51,163 nt of DNA from Thermoleophilia bacterium. GTDB taxonomy: Bacteria; Actinomycetota; Thermoleophilia; Gaiellales; Gaiellaceae. Position numbers and translations under genes: made by a program. The stretch spans positions 1-51,163 of the forward strand of contig JAICGP010000001.1 of assembly GCA_025923055.1 (NCBI GenBank), read 5' to 3'. The notes beneath the pieces were generated by a model. The model did not search any database. It saw only the letters and a list, made by a program, of their open reading frames with translations, and had not been told where the DNA came from. Shown piece by piece: positions 35,428 to 44,310 of the stretch; positions within the stretch are counted from its first letter, which is position 1, and each line of letters starts with the position of its first letter.

Positions 35428-37275
35428 CTACGGCGGCGCGAGCGGGACGCTGCCGGCGATCGTCGTCCCGAGCCCCGGGCTGGAGCGCACCGCGAGCGTT
35501 CCGCCCAGGGCTCCGACGCGGTCGCGCATGTTCGTGAGCCCGCTGCCTCGGCCCGAGGCCCGTTGCGGGTCGAAGCCGTCCCCGTCGTCGCGGATCTCGA
35601 AGCTCAGGCGGCCGTCGCCGTCCCGAAGGCGAATCACGGCCCGCGCAGCGCCGCCGGCGTGCTTGCCCGCGTTCTGGAGCGCCTCCAGACAGCAGAAGTA
35701 GACGGCCGCCTCGGTCTCGTCCGGATAACGGCCGATCCCCTTCGCATCGAGCCTCGCCGGCGGTGAGGCGCGCCCGGCGACCGGGGCCAGGGCGTCCACG
35801 AGCCCGAAGTCGCGGAGGAGCGAGGGGTAGACGCCCTGCGCGAGGGCGCGAAGCTCGTCGACGACGTCCTCCAGCTCACGTCCGAGCTTCAGCATGCGCG
35901 CCTTGGCGAGCTCCGGATTCGTCTCGGCGAGCTCGCCCGCGAGCGCCGCCTGCACCCGCAGAGCGACCAGGTGCTGCTGCGCGCCGTCGTGGAGGTCTCG
36001 CTCGAGCCTGCGCCGCTCGGCGTCTCCGGCCGCGACGGTCCGCGCCCTGGAGCCGCGGAGCTCCTCCATCGTCTCTTCGAGATCGGCCTGGAGCCGACCG
36101 TTGTCGAGCGCGAGCAGCATGGTTTGCCCTGCAGCTCGAACGAGCTCCGGATCCTGGTCGAGGCCGTCGTCGTGGACGATGAACGCGACCTGCTCGCCGC
36201 CTCGCTCGACCGCAGTCACCGAACGCCCGGCCCGAACGGCTGCGAGGTCGACGGGGTCGCCGCTCGAGTCGACGAGACGCCCGGATCCGCCGATCCGGAA
36301 CGCGAGCTCGAGCGATGGGTCGTCGAGCGCGTCGGCCACCAGGGCCCGGAGGCGAGCCGCATCGGGGTCGTCACCGAGGTGGGCGACCATGCGCTTCAGC
36401 GCGACGCCGGCGAAGAAGGCTGTCTGCACGATCGCGAGCAGGAATCCGTACGAGAGGGTCCCGCGAGCCACCGTGAGAAACCAGCCGAGCACGTCGACGG
36501 AGCCGGCGTCGAGCTCGATGAGCCCGACGTTGGCCGCCCGGAAGGTGCCGAACACGATCGTCAGGACGAGAGCCGGGACGTAGACGGGAAGGAGCGCGCG
36601 CCTCCGCGGCCGGGTGGCGGTCGCGAGGCGGTACACGAGCGCAGCGCCGATCGCCACCGACAGCGTTACCGCGAGGTATTCCTCCAGCGTGCCCGTGCCT
36701 GCTGCGAGACTCGGCCGGTCGGCGATCATGAGCGCGTTCTCGGGACATCCCGCATTGCAGGTTGCAAGCGGCGCCCCTCCGGAGACGACCGGTGAGAAGA
36801 GGAACCAGGGAAGGAACGAGGCCAGCAGGAAGACGAGGATGGCGGCGACGAGAAGCCTTTCGATCGGACGCGTGAGCCGGCCCTGCGGAAAGGCGAAGAC
36901 GAGGTAGTAGGCGAGGGCGAAGACGACCGCGTCGAAGAGGACGCCGATGCTGTGGACGAGGGGATCGGCCGCTCCCTGGAGGGAGACCCCCGCAAAGGCG
37001 GCGGCAAGCGCCAGCAGGAGCATGCCGATGCGGTTTCCGGGGCGCCGTACCAGCCAGTAGAGCGCGACGGCGACCGTGCCCAGGATCACGTTGCCGATCT
37101 GGAGGCCGTACGCGAGGGGGCGCTCCAGGTGGTCGCTCGTCGCGACCAGAATCGTGCCGCCCACTCCGACCGTCAGACCCACGGCGCCGACGGCGAAGAG
37201 GGTCCGCCGGCTGGCGACGGCCGCCCCTCTCTTCTCGGCGGGAGCGGCCGCAGTCGGGGCGACGGCTGTGGACAC
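35428..37275 (-). CDS. sensor histidine kinase, HisKA_3/NarX-like, multi-TM sensor domain
   Basis: About 8 N-terminal TM helices. H-box ERRRLERDLHDGAQQHLVAL, N-box CLEALQNAGKHA, G-boxes DDGDGF and GSGLTNMRDRV. Confidence 0.9.
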   Translation of the reverse strand: MSTAVAPTAAAPAEKRGAAVASRRTLFAVGAVGLTVGVGGTILVATSDHLERPLAYGLQIGNVILGTVAVALYWLVRRPGNRIGMLLLALAAAFAGVSLQGAADPLVHSIGVLFDAVVFALAYYLVFAFPQGRLTRPIERLLVAAILVFLLASFLPWFLFSPVVSGGAPLATCNAGCPENALMIADRPSLAAGTGTLEEYLAVTLSVAIGAALVYRLATATRPRRRALLPVYVPALVLTIVFGTFRAANVGLIELDAGSVDVLGWFLTVARGTLSYGFLLAIVQTAFFAGVALKRMVAHLGDDPDAARLRALVADALDDPSLELAFRIGGSGRLVDSSGDPVDLAAVRAGRSVTAVERGGEQVAFIVHDDGLDQDPELVRAAGQTMLLALDNGRLQADLEETMEELRGSRARTVAAGDAERRRLERDLHDGAQQHLVALRVQAALAGELAETNPELAKARMLKLGRELEDVVDELRALAQGVYPSLLRDFGLVDALAPVAGRASPPARLDAKGIGRYPDETEAAVYFCCLEALQNAGKHAGGAARAVIRLRDGDGRLSFEIRDDGDGFDPQRASGRGSGLTNMRDRVGALGGTLAVRSSPGLGTTIAGSVPLAPP

Positions 37276-37345
37276 CTAGCCCGGTATTCAAGCGGAGCCA
37301 CCCTTCGCGTGTCCAGACGCCGCTCCCGGCTTGGGGTGGCCGGGC

Positions 37346-37374
37346 TCACCCGGGTGATTCGCAGATCCGGGTGA
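37346..37374 (+). promoter_or_regulatory. three-box element TCACCCGGGTGA-N11-GGGTGA (copy C)
   Basis: Lies in the divergent gap between the kinase (start 37275) and the arylsulfatase (start 37444). The extra box faces the sulfatase. Confidence 0.5.
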
Positions 37375-37443
37375 TGGCCCGTTGGACGCGGCGATGGAAG
37401 TATCGACGCGGTCGCAGCGACCCGAACAGGAGGCGGTCCGCGC

Positions 37444-39825
37444 ATGCCCGAGTCCCCGAACGCGAACGCGCGCGCGCGCAAGATTTTGCCCATGCCGGAT
37501 CCGGTGTACGAGGGGGAGCTCCCCTTCGACGCCAGGGACCCGTCGGCGACGTTCCCGCCGATTGCGCCCCTGCGCCCGCCAGCGGGCGCCCCGAACGTCC
37601 TCGTCGTCCTCCTCGACGACGTCGGCTTCGGCGCCTCGAGCGCGTTCGGGGGCCCTTGCCGTACACCGACGGCGGAGCGGCTCGCCGCAAACGGCCTGAG
37701 GCTGAGCCGCTTCCACACGACCGCGCTCTGCGCGCCGACGCGGCAGGCGCTCCTGACCGGACGGAACCACCACACAGTGGGCATGGGCGGGATTACCGAG
37801 ATCGCGACGAGCGCGCCGGGCTACAACTCCGTGCGGCCGAACTCGTGCGCTCCAGTCGCCGAGATCCTCAAGCTCAACGGCTACTCGACCGCCCAGTTCG
37901 GGAAGTGCCACGAGGTGCCCGTCTGGCAGACGAGTCCCATGGGTCCGTTCGACGCGTGGCCGACCGGCAGCGGCTTCGAGCACTTCTTCGGGTTCATCGG
38001 CGGCGAGGCGCACCAGTACTACCCGGCGATCTACGACGGCACAACGCCGGTCGAGCCCGAGAAGACGCCTGAGGAGGGCTACCACCTCACGGAGGACATG
38101 ACCGACCGGGCCATCTCGTGGGTGCGCCAGCAGAAGGCGTTGATGCCGGACAAGCCATTCTTCGTCTACTTCGCGCCGGGAGCGGCGCACGCGCCGCACC
38201 ACGTGCCGAAGGAGTGGGCCGACAAGTATCGAGGCGCGTTCGACCAGGGCTGGGACGCGGTGCGTGAGGAGACGTTCGCCCGGCAGAAGGAGCTGGGTGT
38301 CATCCCACCTGAGGCCGAGCTCACCGAGCGCCACGACGAGATCCCAGCCTGGGACGACATGCCAGAGGAGCTGAAGCCGGTCCTCGCCCGGCAGATGGAG
38401 ATCTACGCCGGCTTCCTCGAGCACACAGACTTCCACTTCGGGCGGCTCGTCGACGCGCTCGAGGACCTCGGCGTCCTCGAGGACACGCTCGTCTACTACA
38501 TCATCGGGGACAACGGCGCCTCGGCCGAGGGCACGTTGCACGGCACGTTCAACGAGATGATCAACTTCAACGGCGCCGCCGCGCTCGAGACGCCGGATTT
38601 CATGCTCGAGCGGCTCGACGACTTCGGCGGGCCCGACGCCTACAACCACTACGCCGTCGGCTGGGCGCACGCGATGGATACGCCCTACCAGTGGACGAAG
38701 CAGGTCGCCTCCCACTGGGGCGGCACGCGCAACGGCACGATCGTCCACTGGCCCAACGGCTTCCCCGCCAAGGGTGAGATCCGTTCCCAGTTCCACCACG
38801 TGATCGACGTTGCTCCGACGATCCTCGAGGTGGCGGGCGTCCCGGAGCCGAGCACGGTGCACGGGGTCGAGCAGCGGCCGATGGAGGGGGTGAGCATGCT
38901 CTACGCGCTCCGCGACGGCGCCGCCGCCGAGCGCCACGAGACGCAGTACTTCGAGATGTTCGCGAACCGCGCCATCTACCACCAGGGCTGGACCGCGTGC
39001 ACGAAGCACAAGACGCCCTGGATCCTCATCGGCGGGGAGATGCCGGCCTTCGAGGACGACCGCTGGGAGCTCTACGACGTGTCCTCGGACTGGAGCCAGG
39101 CCCGCGACCTGGCGGACGAGCACCCGGAGAAGCTCGAGAAGCTCAAGGATCTCTGGCTCGACGAGGCGAGGAGGTACAACGTGCTACCCCTCGACGACCG
39201 CTCCGGCGAGCGGGTGAACCCGGACCTCGCCGGCCGGCCGACGCTCATCCGCGGCAGCTCGCAGCTCCTCTTCGGCGGTATGGGAAGGCTCTCGGAGCAC
39301 TCCGTCCTCAACATCAAGAACAAGTCGCACTCGGTCACCGCCGAGATCGAGGTCCCCGACGAGGGTGCGAGGGGCGTGATCATCGCGCAGGGCGGCAGCA
39401 TCGGCGGCTGGTCGCTCTACGCGAGGGACAGCGTGCCCACGTACTGCTACAACCTCCTCGGCATCCAGCACTTCTTCGTCCGTGGTGGGGACGCGCTTCC
39501 TGCGGGGCGGCACCAGGTGCGGATGGAGTTCGCCTACGACGGCGGCGGGCTCGGCAAGGGGGGCACGGTCCGGCTCTACGTCGACGGCGAGCAGGTCGGC
39601 GAGGGCCGCGTGGACGCGACGGCGGCGATGATCTTCTCCGCCGACGACACGTGCGACGTCGGCCGGGAGGGCGGAGCGCTCGTGTCGCCGGAGTACGGGC
39701 CGCACGACAATGCGTTCACGGGCCGGATCGACTGGGTGCAGATCGACATCGACGCGGCCGCGGAAGACGCCGACCACCTCATCGCGCCGGAGGAGCGCCT
39801 CGCGGTCGCGATGGCGAGGCAGTAG
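37444..39825 (+). CDS. Cys-type arylsulfatase (formylglycine-dependent)
   Basis: 793 aa. Contains NVLVVLLDDVGFG and the sulfatase signature CAPTRQALLTGRNHH. GGAGG lies 10 nt upstream of the ATG. Confidence 0.92.
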   Translation: MPESPNANARARKILPMPDPVYEGELPFDARDPSATFPPIAPLRPPAGAPNVLVVLLDDVGFGASSAFGGPCRTPTAERLAANGLRLSRFHTTALCAPTRQALLTGRNHHTVGMGGITEIATSAPGYNSVRPNSCAPVAEILKLNGYSTAQFGKCHEVPVWQTSPMGPFDAWPTGSGFEHFFGFIGGEAHQYYPAIYDGTTPVEPEKTPEEGYHLTEDMTDRAISWVRQQKALMPDKPFFVYFAPGAAHAPHHVPKEWADKYRGAFDQGWDAVREETFARQKELGVIPPEAELTERHDEIPAWDDMPEELKPVLARQMEIYAGFLEHTDFHFGRLVDALEDLGVLEDTLVYYIIGDNGASAEGTLHGTFNEMINFNGAAALETPDFMLERLDDFGGPDAYNHYAVGWAHAMDTPYQWTKQVASHWGGTRNGTIVHWPNGFPAKGEIRSQFHHVIDVAPTILEVAGVPEPSTVHGVEQRPMEGVSMLYALRDGAAAERHETQYFEMFANRAIYHQGWTACTKHKTPWILIGGEMPAFEDDRWELYDVSSDWSQARDLADEHPEKLEKLKDLWLDEARRYNVLPLDDRSGERVNPDLAGRPTLIRGSSQLLFGGMGRLSEHSVLNIKNKSHSVTAEIEVPDEGARGVIIAQGGSIGGWSLYARDSVPTYCYNLLGIQHFFVRGGDALPAGRHQVRMEFAYDGGGLGKGGTVRLYVDGEQVGEGRVDATAAMIFSADDTCDVGREGGALVSPEYGPHDNAFTGRIDWVQIDIDAAAEDADHLIAPEERLAVAMARQ

Positions 39826-39833
39826 GCCTCTCT

Positions 39834-39866
39834 TCACCTGGGTGAACGTCCGGGCCGGGCGGTGTT
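39834..39866 (+). promoter_or_regulatory. degenerate copy of the three-box element (TCACCTGGGTGA-N11-GGGCGG) (copy E)
   Basis: One mismatch in the palindrome and a weak third box. It sits 50-80 nt upstream of the gene starting at 39918, and a TGCGATACT extended -10-like box follows at about 39880. Confidence 0.35.
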
Positions 39867-39917
39867 CGGCGCCGCCGGAGCCTGCGATACTCGCGACGAA
39901 CCGCGAAAGGAGACGTG

Positions 39918-40436
39918 ATGGCAATTGGACCCGTCCAGCTGCTCGTGCTCGGGTTCCAGCAGCCCGACTTCAGGGGCGAGATCCTCGCCGAGCTCGACCG
40001 GCTGAAGGAGAACGACGTCGTCCGCGTGATCGACGCGCTCGCCGTCTACAAGGACGCGAAGGGCGAGGTGACCGTGCTCGAGCGCAGCGATCTGAGCGAC
40101 GAGGAGGCGGCGGAGTTCGGCGCCGTCGTCGGCGCGCTGATCGGAGCCGGGATGGCGGGGGCCGAGGGCGCCGAGGCGGGAGCCGAGCTCGGCGCGGAGG
40201 CGACGGCCGAGGGCGTCGACATCTTCGACGAGGAGGAGGCCTGGGACGTCGTCGCCGAGATCCCGGAGGACACGGCCGCGGCGCTGATCCTGCTCGAGCA
40301 CCGGTGGGCGATTCCGCTCCGGGATGCCATCGTCCGCGCCGGCGGCTTCCGGATCAGCGACGGCTTCATCCACCCCCTCGACCTCGTCGCGATCGGCGTG
40401 CTCGCCGCCGACGAGGCGGCGGCGACCAGCTCGTAG
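39918..40436 (+). CDS. conserved hypothetical protein (actinobacterial family usually found next to SHOCT genes; DUF6325/DUF1269-like)
   Basis: GPVQLLVLGFQQPDFRGEILAELDRLKENDVVRVIDALAVYKDAKGEV, then a Gly/Ala zipper, then LILLEHRWA. AGGAG lies 5 nt upstream of ATG 39918. The family name is from memory only. Confidence 0.72.
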   Translation: MAIGPVQLLVLGFQQPDFRGEILAELDRLKENDVVRVIDALAVYKDAKGEVTVLERSDLSDEEAAEFGAVVGALIGAGMAGAEGAEAGAELGAEATAEGVDIFDEEEAWDVVAEIPEDTAAALILLEHRWAIPLRDAIVRAGGFRISDGFIHPLDLVAIGVLAADEAAATSS

Positions 40437-40463
40437 ACGCACGATCGAGAAAGGAGAACGACG

Positions 40464-40703
40464 ATGTTCGGACCGTCCCGTAGGGTCGCCCGCCGCACGG
40501 CGCGGCGCACGTCCCGCCGGCAGGCGTATCTCCAAGACGCGATGAGCGGCGGCTACGAGGAGCCGGCGCCTCCGCCGGCGCAGGCCGCCCCGGTGGAGCC
40601 GGACTACGCCGCCGAGCTCCAGAAGCTCGCCAGCCTGCGCGACCAGGGCATCATCGACGACGCGGAGTTCGACGCGAAGAAGAAGCAGATCCTCGGCATC
40701 TGA
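40464..40703 (+). CDS. SHOCT-domain protein
   Basis: 79 aa. The C-terminal LQKLASLRDQGIIDDAEFDAKKKQILG is a canonical SHOCT motif. There is a strong SD (AAAGGAGAA). Confidence 0.8.
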   Translation: MFGPSRRVARRTARRTSRRQAYLQDAMSGGYEEPAPPPAQAAPVEPDYAAELQKLASLRDQGIIDDAEFDAKKKQILGI

Positions 40704-40705
40704 GC

Positions 40706-41686
40706 GTGGTGCCGCGGGAGGACGCGACGACCGCGGGAAGCTGCTGCGCGCCCGCGCCCGGCCGGGACACGACGGCTCCGCCGCCTCGGATGCCGGTCGC
40801 GACGTGGAACCGACGCGACGGCATGGTCCCGGTCGCCGGCGGCCCGTTCCTCCTCGGCAGCGAGGATCGCCTTGCCTATCCCGAGGACGGTGAGGCGCCG
40901 GTTCGCGAGGTCGAGGTCGGCCCCTTCTCCATCGACGCCTGCGCCGTCTCGAACGCCGACTTCGCCGGCTTCGTCGAGGCGACGGGCTACGTGACGGACG
41001 CCGAGCGCTTCGGGTGGTCGTTCGTCTTCGCAGGGTTCCTGCCGGACGACTTCCCACCGACGCGGGCCGTCGCCCAGGCGCCCTGGTGGCGCCAGGTCGA
41101 GGGTGCCGACTGGCGCCACCCCGACGGCCCCCAGTCCGATCTGGACGGGCGGCTGGACCATCCGGTCGTCCACGTCTCCTGGAACGACACGCAGGCATAT
41201 TGCGCCTCGCGCCGCGTGCGTCTTCCCACCGAGGCGGAGTGGGAGCTCGCCGCGCGAGGAGGGCTCCAGGGAAAGGCCTTTCCGTGGGGCGACGAGCGCG
41301 AGCCGGGCGGCGAGCATCGCATGAACGTCTGGCAGGGGCCCTTCCCGCACGAGAACACACGGGCGGACGGCCACGTCGGCACGTGTCCGGTCGACACGTT
41401 CCCGCCGAACGGCTTGGGGCTCTTCGAGACGACCGGCAACGTCTGGGAGTGGACGGCCGACTGGTTCCATGCGACGTTCCGCCAGCGGGACAGGCGGCGC
41501 GACCCGCACGGCCCCCCGCACGGGAAGCGCAAGGTGCAGAAGGGCGGCTCGTACCTCTGCCACCACTCCTACTGCCGCCGCTACCGCGTCGCGGCGAGGC
41601 AGGGGAACGAGCCTGACAGCTCGACCGGAAACGTCGGCTTCCGCTGTGCGCGGAGCGAGCGTGACGAGGACGGGCCAACCGCGTGA
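40706..41686 (+). CDS. formylglycine-generating enzyme (SUMF1/FGE family)
   Basis: Contains HPVVHVSWNDTQAYC, LPTEAEWELAARGG, GNVWEWTADW, and GGSYLCHHSYCRRYRVAARQGNEPDSSTGNVGFRC with the catalytic Cys pair. Confidence 0.92.
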   Translation: MVPREDATTAGSCCAPAPGRDTTAPPPRMPVATWNRRDGMVPVAGGPFLLGSEDRLAYPEDGEAPVREVEVGPFSIDACAVSNADFAGFVEATGYVTDAERFGWSFVFAGFLPDDFPPTRAVAQAPWWRQVEGADWRHPDGPQSDLDGRLDHPVVHVSWNDTQAYCASRRVRLPTEAEWELAARGGLQGKAFPWGDEREPGGEHRMNVWQGPFPHENTRADGHVGTCPVDTFPPNGLGLFETTGNVWEWTADWFHATFRQRDRRRDPHGPPHGKRKVQKGGSYLCHHSYCRRYRVAARQGNEPDSSTGNVGFRCARSERDEDGPTA

Positions 41687-42129
41687 TCTGGGCGATCCTG
41701 CTCGCGATCGGCATCCCGCTCTGGTTCTGCGCCGTGGGGATCCTCCTCGTCGCCCTCCGCAACCGCGGGCTGCGGCGACGGCCCGGGAACGTCCCCGTGC
41801 GAGTCCGGCGGCCCGGCAAGGATCGCTGGGTGCCCGGGCACGGCGTCTGGGTGCACGACGTGTTCGCCTTCCGGGGCAGCCCCGCAGCGTGGAAGGAGGG
41901 GCTCCTCTGGGTCACGGACGCGGCGGTGCGGCCGGCCGGCGCCGCCGAGCGAGACCGTCTGTATCGGATCGGAGACGCGCCGGTCGTCGCGACGTGTGAG
42001 CTCGCCTGCGGCGGCTCGATCGAGCTCGCAGCGCGGGCCGAGGATGCAGACGCGCTGCTCGGGCCCTTCGCCGCGGACGCCGAACCGCCGGCTTCCGAGC
42101 AGCCGCTTTCGACGAGCGGCCCGGTCTAG
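41683..42129 (+). CDS. N-terminally anchored hypothetical protein (DUF2550-like)
   Basis: GTGA overlap with FGE. One TM helix followed by a basic stretch and W...G.GVW..DVFAFR..., resembling the actinobacterial DUF2550 pattern. The family is assigned from memory. Confidence 0.6.
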   Translation: MIWAILLAIGIPLWFCAVGILLVALRNRGLRRRPGNVPVRVRRPGKDRWVPGHGVWVHDVFAFRGSPAAWKEGLLWVTDAAVRPAGAAERDRLYRIGDAPVVATCELACGGSIELAARAEDADALLGPFAADAEPPASEQPLSTSGPV

Positions 42130-42138
42130 GCCCCGCGG

Positions 42139-42870
42139 ATGGGCGAAGCCTTCCTCTGGGGGCTCGTGGCCGGCTCGTCCCTCGTCATCGGCGGGTGGGT
42201 CGCGCTCAGGGTGCGGATCGGCGGTCGAGTGCTCGGTCTCATCATGGCCTTCGGGGCAGGAGTGCTGATCAGCGCGGTCGCCTACGAGCTCGTCGCGGAG
42301 GCGTTCCAGGTCGGCGCCGGGAGCGGCGGGGTCGCGCTCGGCCTGGCGGCGGGCGCGGTCACCTTCCACTGCGGCGACCTGCTGATCGGCCGTCTCGGCG
42401 GCCGGAGCAGGAAGAGCTCCGAAGGCGAGCAGGCCTCCGGAGCGGCGCTCGGCATCGTCCTCGGAATCGTGCTCGACGGCGTGCCGGAGGCAATGGTGGT
42501 CGGGCTCAGCCTGCTCGAGGGCGGCTCCGTGAGCGTCGCCGTGATCGCCGCGGTCTTCCTCGCCAACCTCCCGGAGGCGATGGCGGCCACCAGCGGTCTC
42601 GCCGCCAGCGCGTGGTCTCGCGGGCGAATCCTGGGGCTGTGGGCGGGGGTCATGCTCGTCACCGGCCTCGCCGCCTTGCTCGGGTTCGCCCTGCTGGACG
42701 GAGCCTCAGTACGCACGCTGTCGTTCGTCCTGGCGTTCGCCGGCGGGGCGATCCTCACGATGCTCGCCGACACGATGATGCCCGAGGCCTTCGAGCACGG
42801 CGGCAAGCAGATCGGCCTGGCGACGACGCTCGGATTCGGCCTCGCGTTTGCGATCACCGCAGTCGCGTGA
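42139..42870 (+). CDS. ZIP-family divalent metal transporter (GufA/ZupT-like)
   Basis: 243 aa, about 8 TM. Repeated DGVPEAMVVG and ANLPEAMAAT motifs. Confidence 0.85.
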   Translation: MGEAFLWGLVAGSSLVIGGWVALRVRIGGRVLGLIMAFGAGVLISAVAYELVAEAFQVGAGSGGVALGLAAGAVTFHCGDLLIGRLGGRSRKSSEGEQASGAALGIVLGIVLDGVPEAMVVGLSLLEGGSVSVAVIAAVFLANLPEAMAATSGLAASAWSRGRILGLWAGVMLVTGLAALLGFALLDGASVRTLSFVLAFAGGAILTMLADTMMPEAFEHGGKQIGLATTLGFGLAFAITAVA

Positions 42871-42896
42871 CCGTCCAGGCGCGCTCTTCGGTCCGC

Positions 42897-44231
42897 CTAG
42901 CCCGAGAGAACGAGCGTCTTCTCGGCCTCGTACTCGTCGTCGGTGAGCGCGCCACGCTCCCTGAGGGCGGCGAGGCGCTCTAGGCGCTCGAGCTTGGCCG
43001 CCGGCTGAGCCTCCGCCGGAGGCGCGCTACCGTCGGCCGTGCGCGCTCGTCGGAACGAGCCCGGCGACCAGGCTCCTTCGCCTCGGACGGCGTGCGGGAA
43101 CTCCGCCACCGTCCGCCGGCGGAAGAGCTCCAGACCGACGAAGGCGAGGCCCGTGACCACCAGGACGGAGACGAAGCGCCGCGGCGTCCCGGTCGGCCCC
43201 CAGAGGAGGACGAGAAGCAGAACGGTGGCGAGGACGACATGGGGCAGGGCGGGCCGCTCGCGGAATGTCGGCGCGAGCCGGCGCCGGACCGCCGTCCCAG
43301 GCGCCGTGGGCCCCGCGGCCCACGTGCCCAGGAGGGCGAGCGCGCCGACGAGGATGCCCGCCGCAGCCGATTCGGCGAGCAGGGAGGTGAACACCGCCCA
43401 CACGTCGGCCGCGGCCGCCTTGAGGGACTCCGCCTCGACGAGGCCGTCGACCACCAGGTTGCCGCCGAGGCGACGGATGACGAGCAGCACGATTCCGAGG
43501 AGGATCAGGCTCACGGCGATCATGCGAACCGCCTCGCGCCGCCGCCCTCCCGCCAGGTACGCCGCGCCGGCCCACAGGGCCAGCCCGAGGATGAACGGCC
43601 AGAAGGAGAGTGCCTTCAGCGCCTCGACGGCTGTCTGGACGGTCGAGAGCTGGTCGGAGCGCATGATCACGATCGGCTCCACGCGCTCCTGCACGGTCTC
43701 GGTCGCCCCCTCGCCGACGCCGATGCGGCCGGCCACGTTCTCGACGATCTGGTCGACGTCCAGGACGACCGCATCCCCGGTCAGCTGCACGCGCTCGGTC
43801 TCGCCCTCGATGACCGCCAGGAGCTGCGCGTTCACGGCCCGGTTGGTCGCCCGCCAGAGCTCCTGGACGCGCGGCCTCGTCAGCGCCTGGCTGGCTCGCT
43901 CGTAGGCCACGCCCCGAAGCTGTGACGAGGCCGGCCCGGCGAGGGGCTTGAGCCGTTCGGGAAGCGCTTCCTCGAGCCGTTCCTCCACGTCGGCCGACGC
44001 GTACGCCTGATCGACGATGTGGACCGCCAGCGCGTCGCGAACGTTCTCGCTCTCGAGCAGCTGGCCGCTGTGATCGGCCCAGCTGTCGGGGTCGAGCGCG
44101 ACGTCGCGGATCCAGACGCTGATCGTCGAGACCAGCAGGCAGACGGCGCCGAGGACGACGAGGACCGGAACGAGGATGCGATGGTCGCCGCTGCCCTTCT
44201 CGCCCTCCGCCCGGGTCGTGTTCGCGCTCAC
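42897..44231 (-). CDS. polytopic membrane protein with C-terminal SHOCT domain
   Basis: C-terminus LERLAALRERGALTDDEYEAEKTLVL (SHOCT). The track start GTG 44273 lies inside the upstream GGGTGA box, so GTG 44231 is preferred, though uncertain. Confidence 0.75.
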   Translation of the reverse strand: MSANTTRAEGEKGSGDHRILVPVLVVLGAVCLLVSTISVWIRDVALDPDSWADHSGQLLESENVRDALAVHIVDQAYASADVEERLEEALPERLKPLAGPASSQLRGVAYERASQALTRPRVQELWRATNRAVNAQLLAVIEGETERVQLTGDAVVLDVDQIVENVAGRIGVGEGATETVQERVEPIVIMRSDQLSTVQTAVEALKALSFWPFILGLALWAGAAYLAGGRRREAVRMIAVSLILLGIVLLVIRRLGGNLVVDGLVEAESLKAAAADVWAVFTSLLAESAAAGILVGALALLGTWAAGPTAPGTAVRRRLAPTFRERPALPHVVLATVLLLVLLWGPTGTPRRFVSVLVVTGLAFVGLELFRRRTVAEFPHAVRGEGAWSPGSFRRARTADGSAPPAEAQPAAKLERLERLAALRERGALTDDEYEAEKTLVLSG

Positions 44232-44265
44232 GCGTGGACCTTGCCGCCGGCGGGACAGAGCGGCG

Positions 44266-44294
44266 TCACCCACGATTGTGGTTCACCCGGGTGA
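44266..44294 (-). promoter_or_regulatory. three-box element TCACCCGGGTGA-N11-GGGTGA (copy D, minus orientation)
   Basis: Lies between the LAL regulator stop (44311) and the SHOCT membrane gene. The extra box faces the SHOCT gene. Confidence 0.5.
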
Positions 44295-44310
44295 TCTCCT
44301 GCCGCCCTGC

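Noticed and set aside
39824-39834. Shared 11-mer GTAGGCCTCTC just upstream of two copies of the element (39824-39834 and 47961-47971), each containing a gene's TAG stop.
   Set aside because: An 11-nt match between two sites in 51 kb is expected by chance many times. The flanks do not extend the similarity, so it is not treated as a repeat or MITE end.
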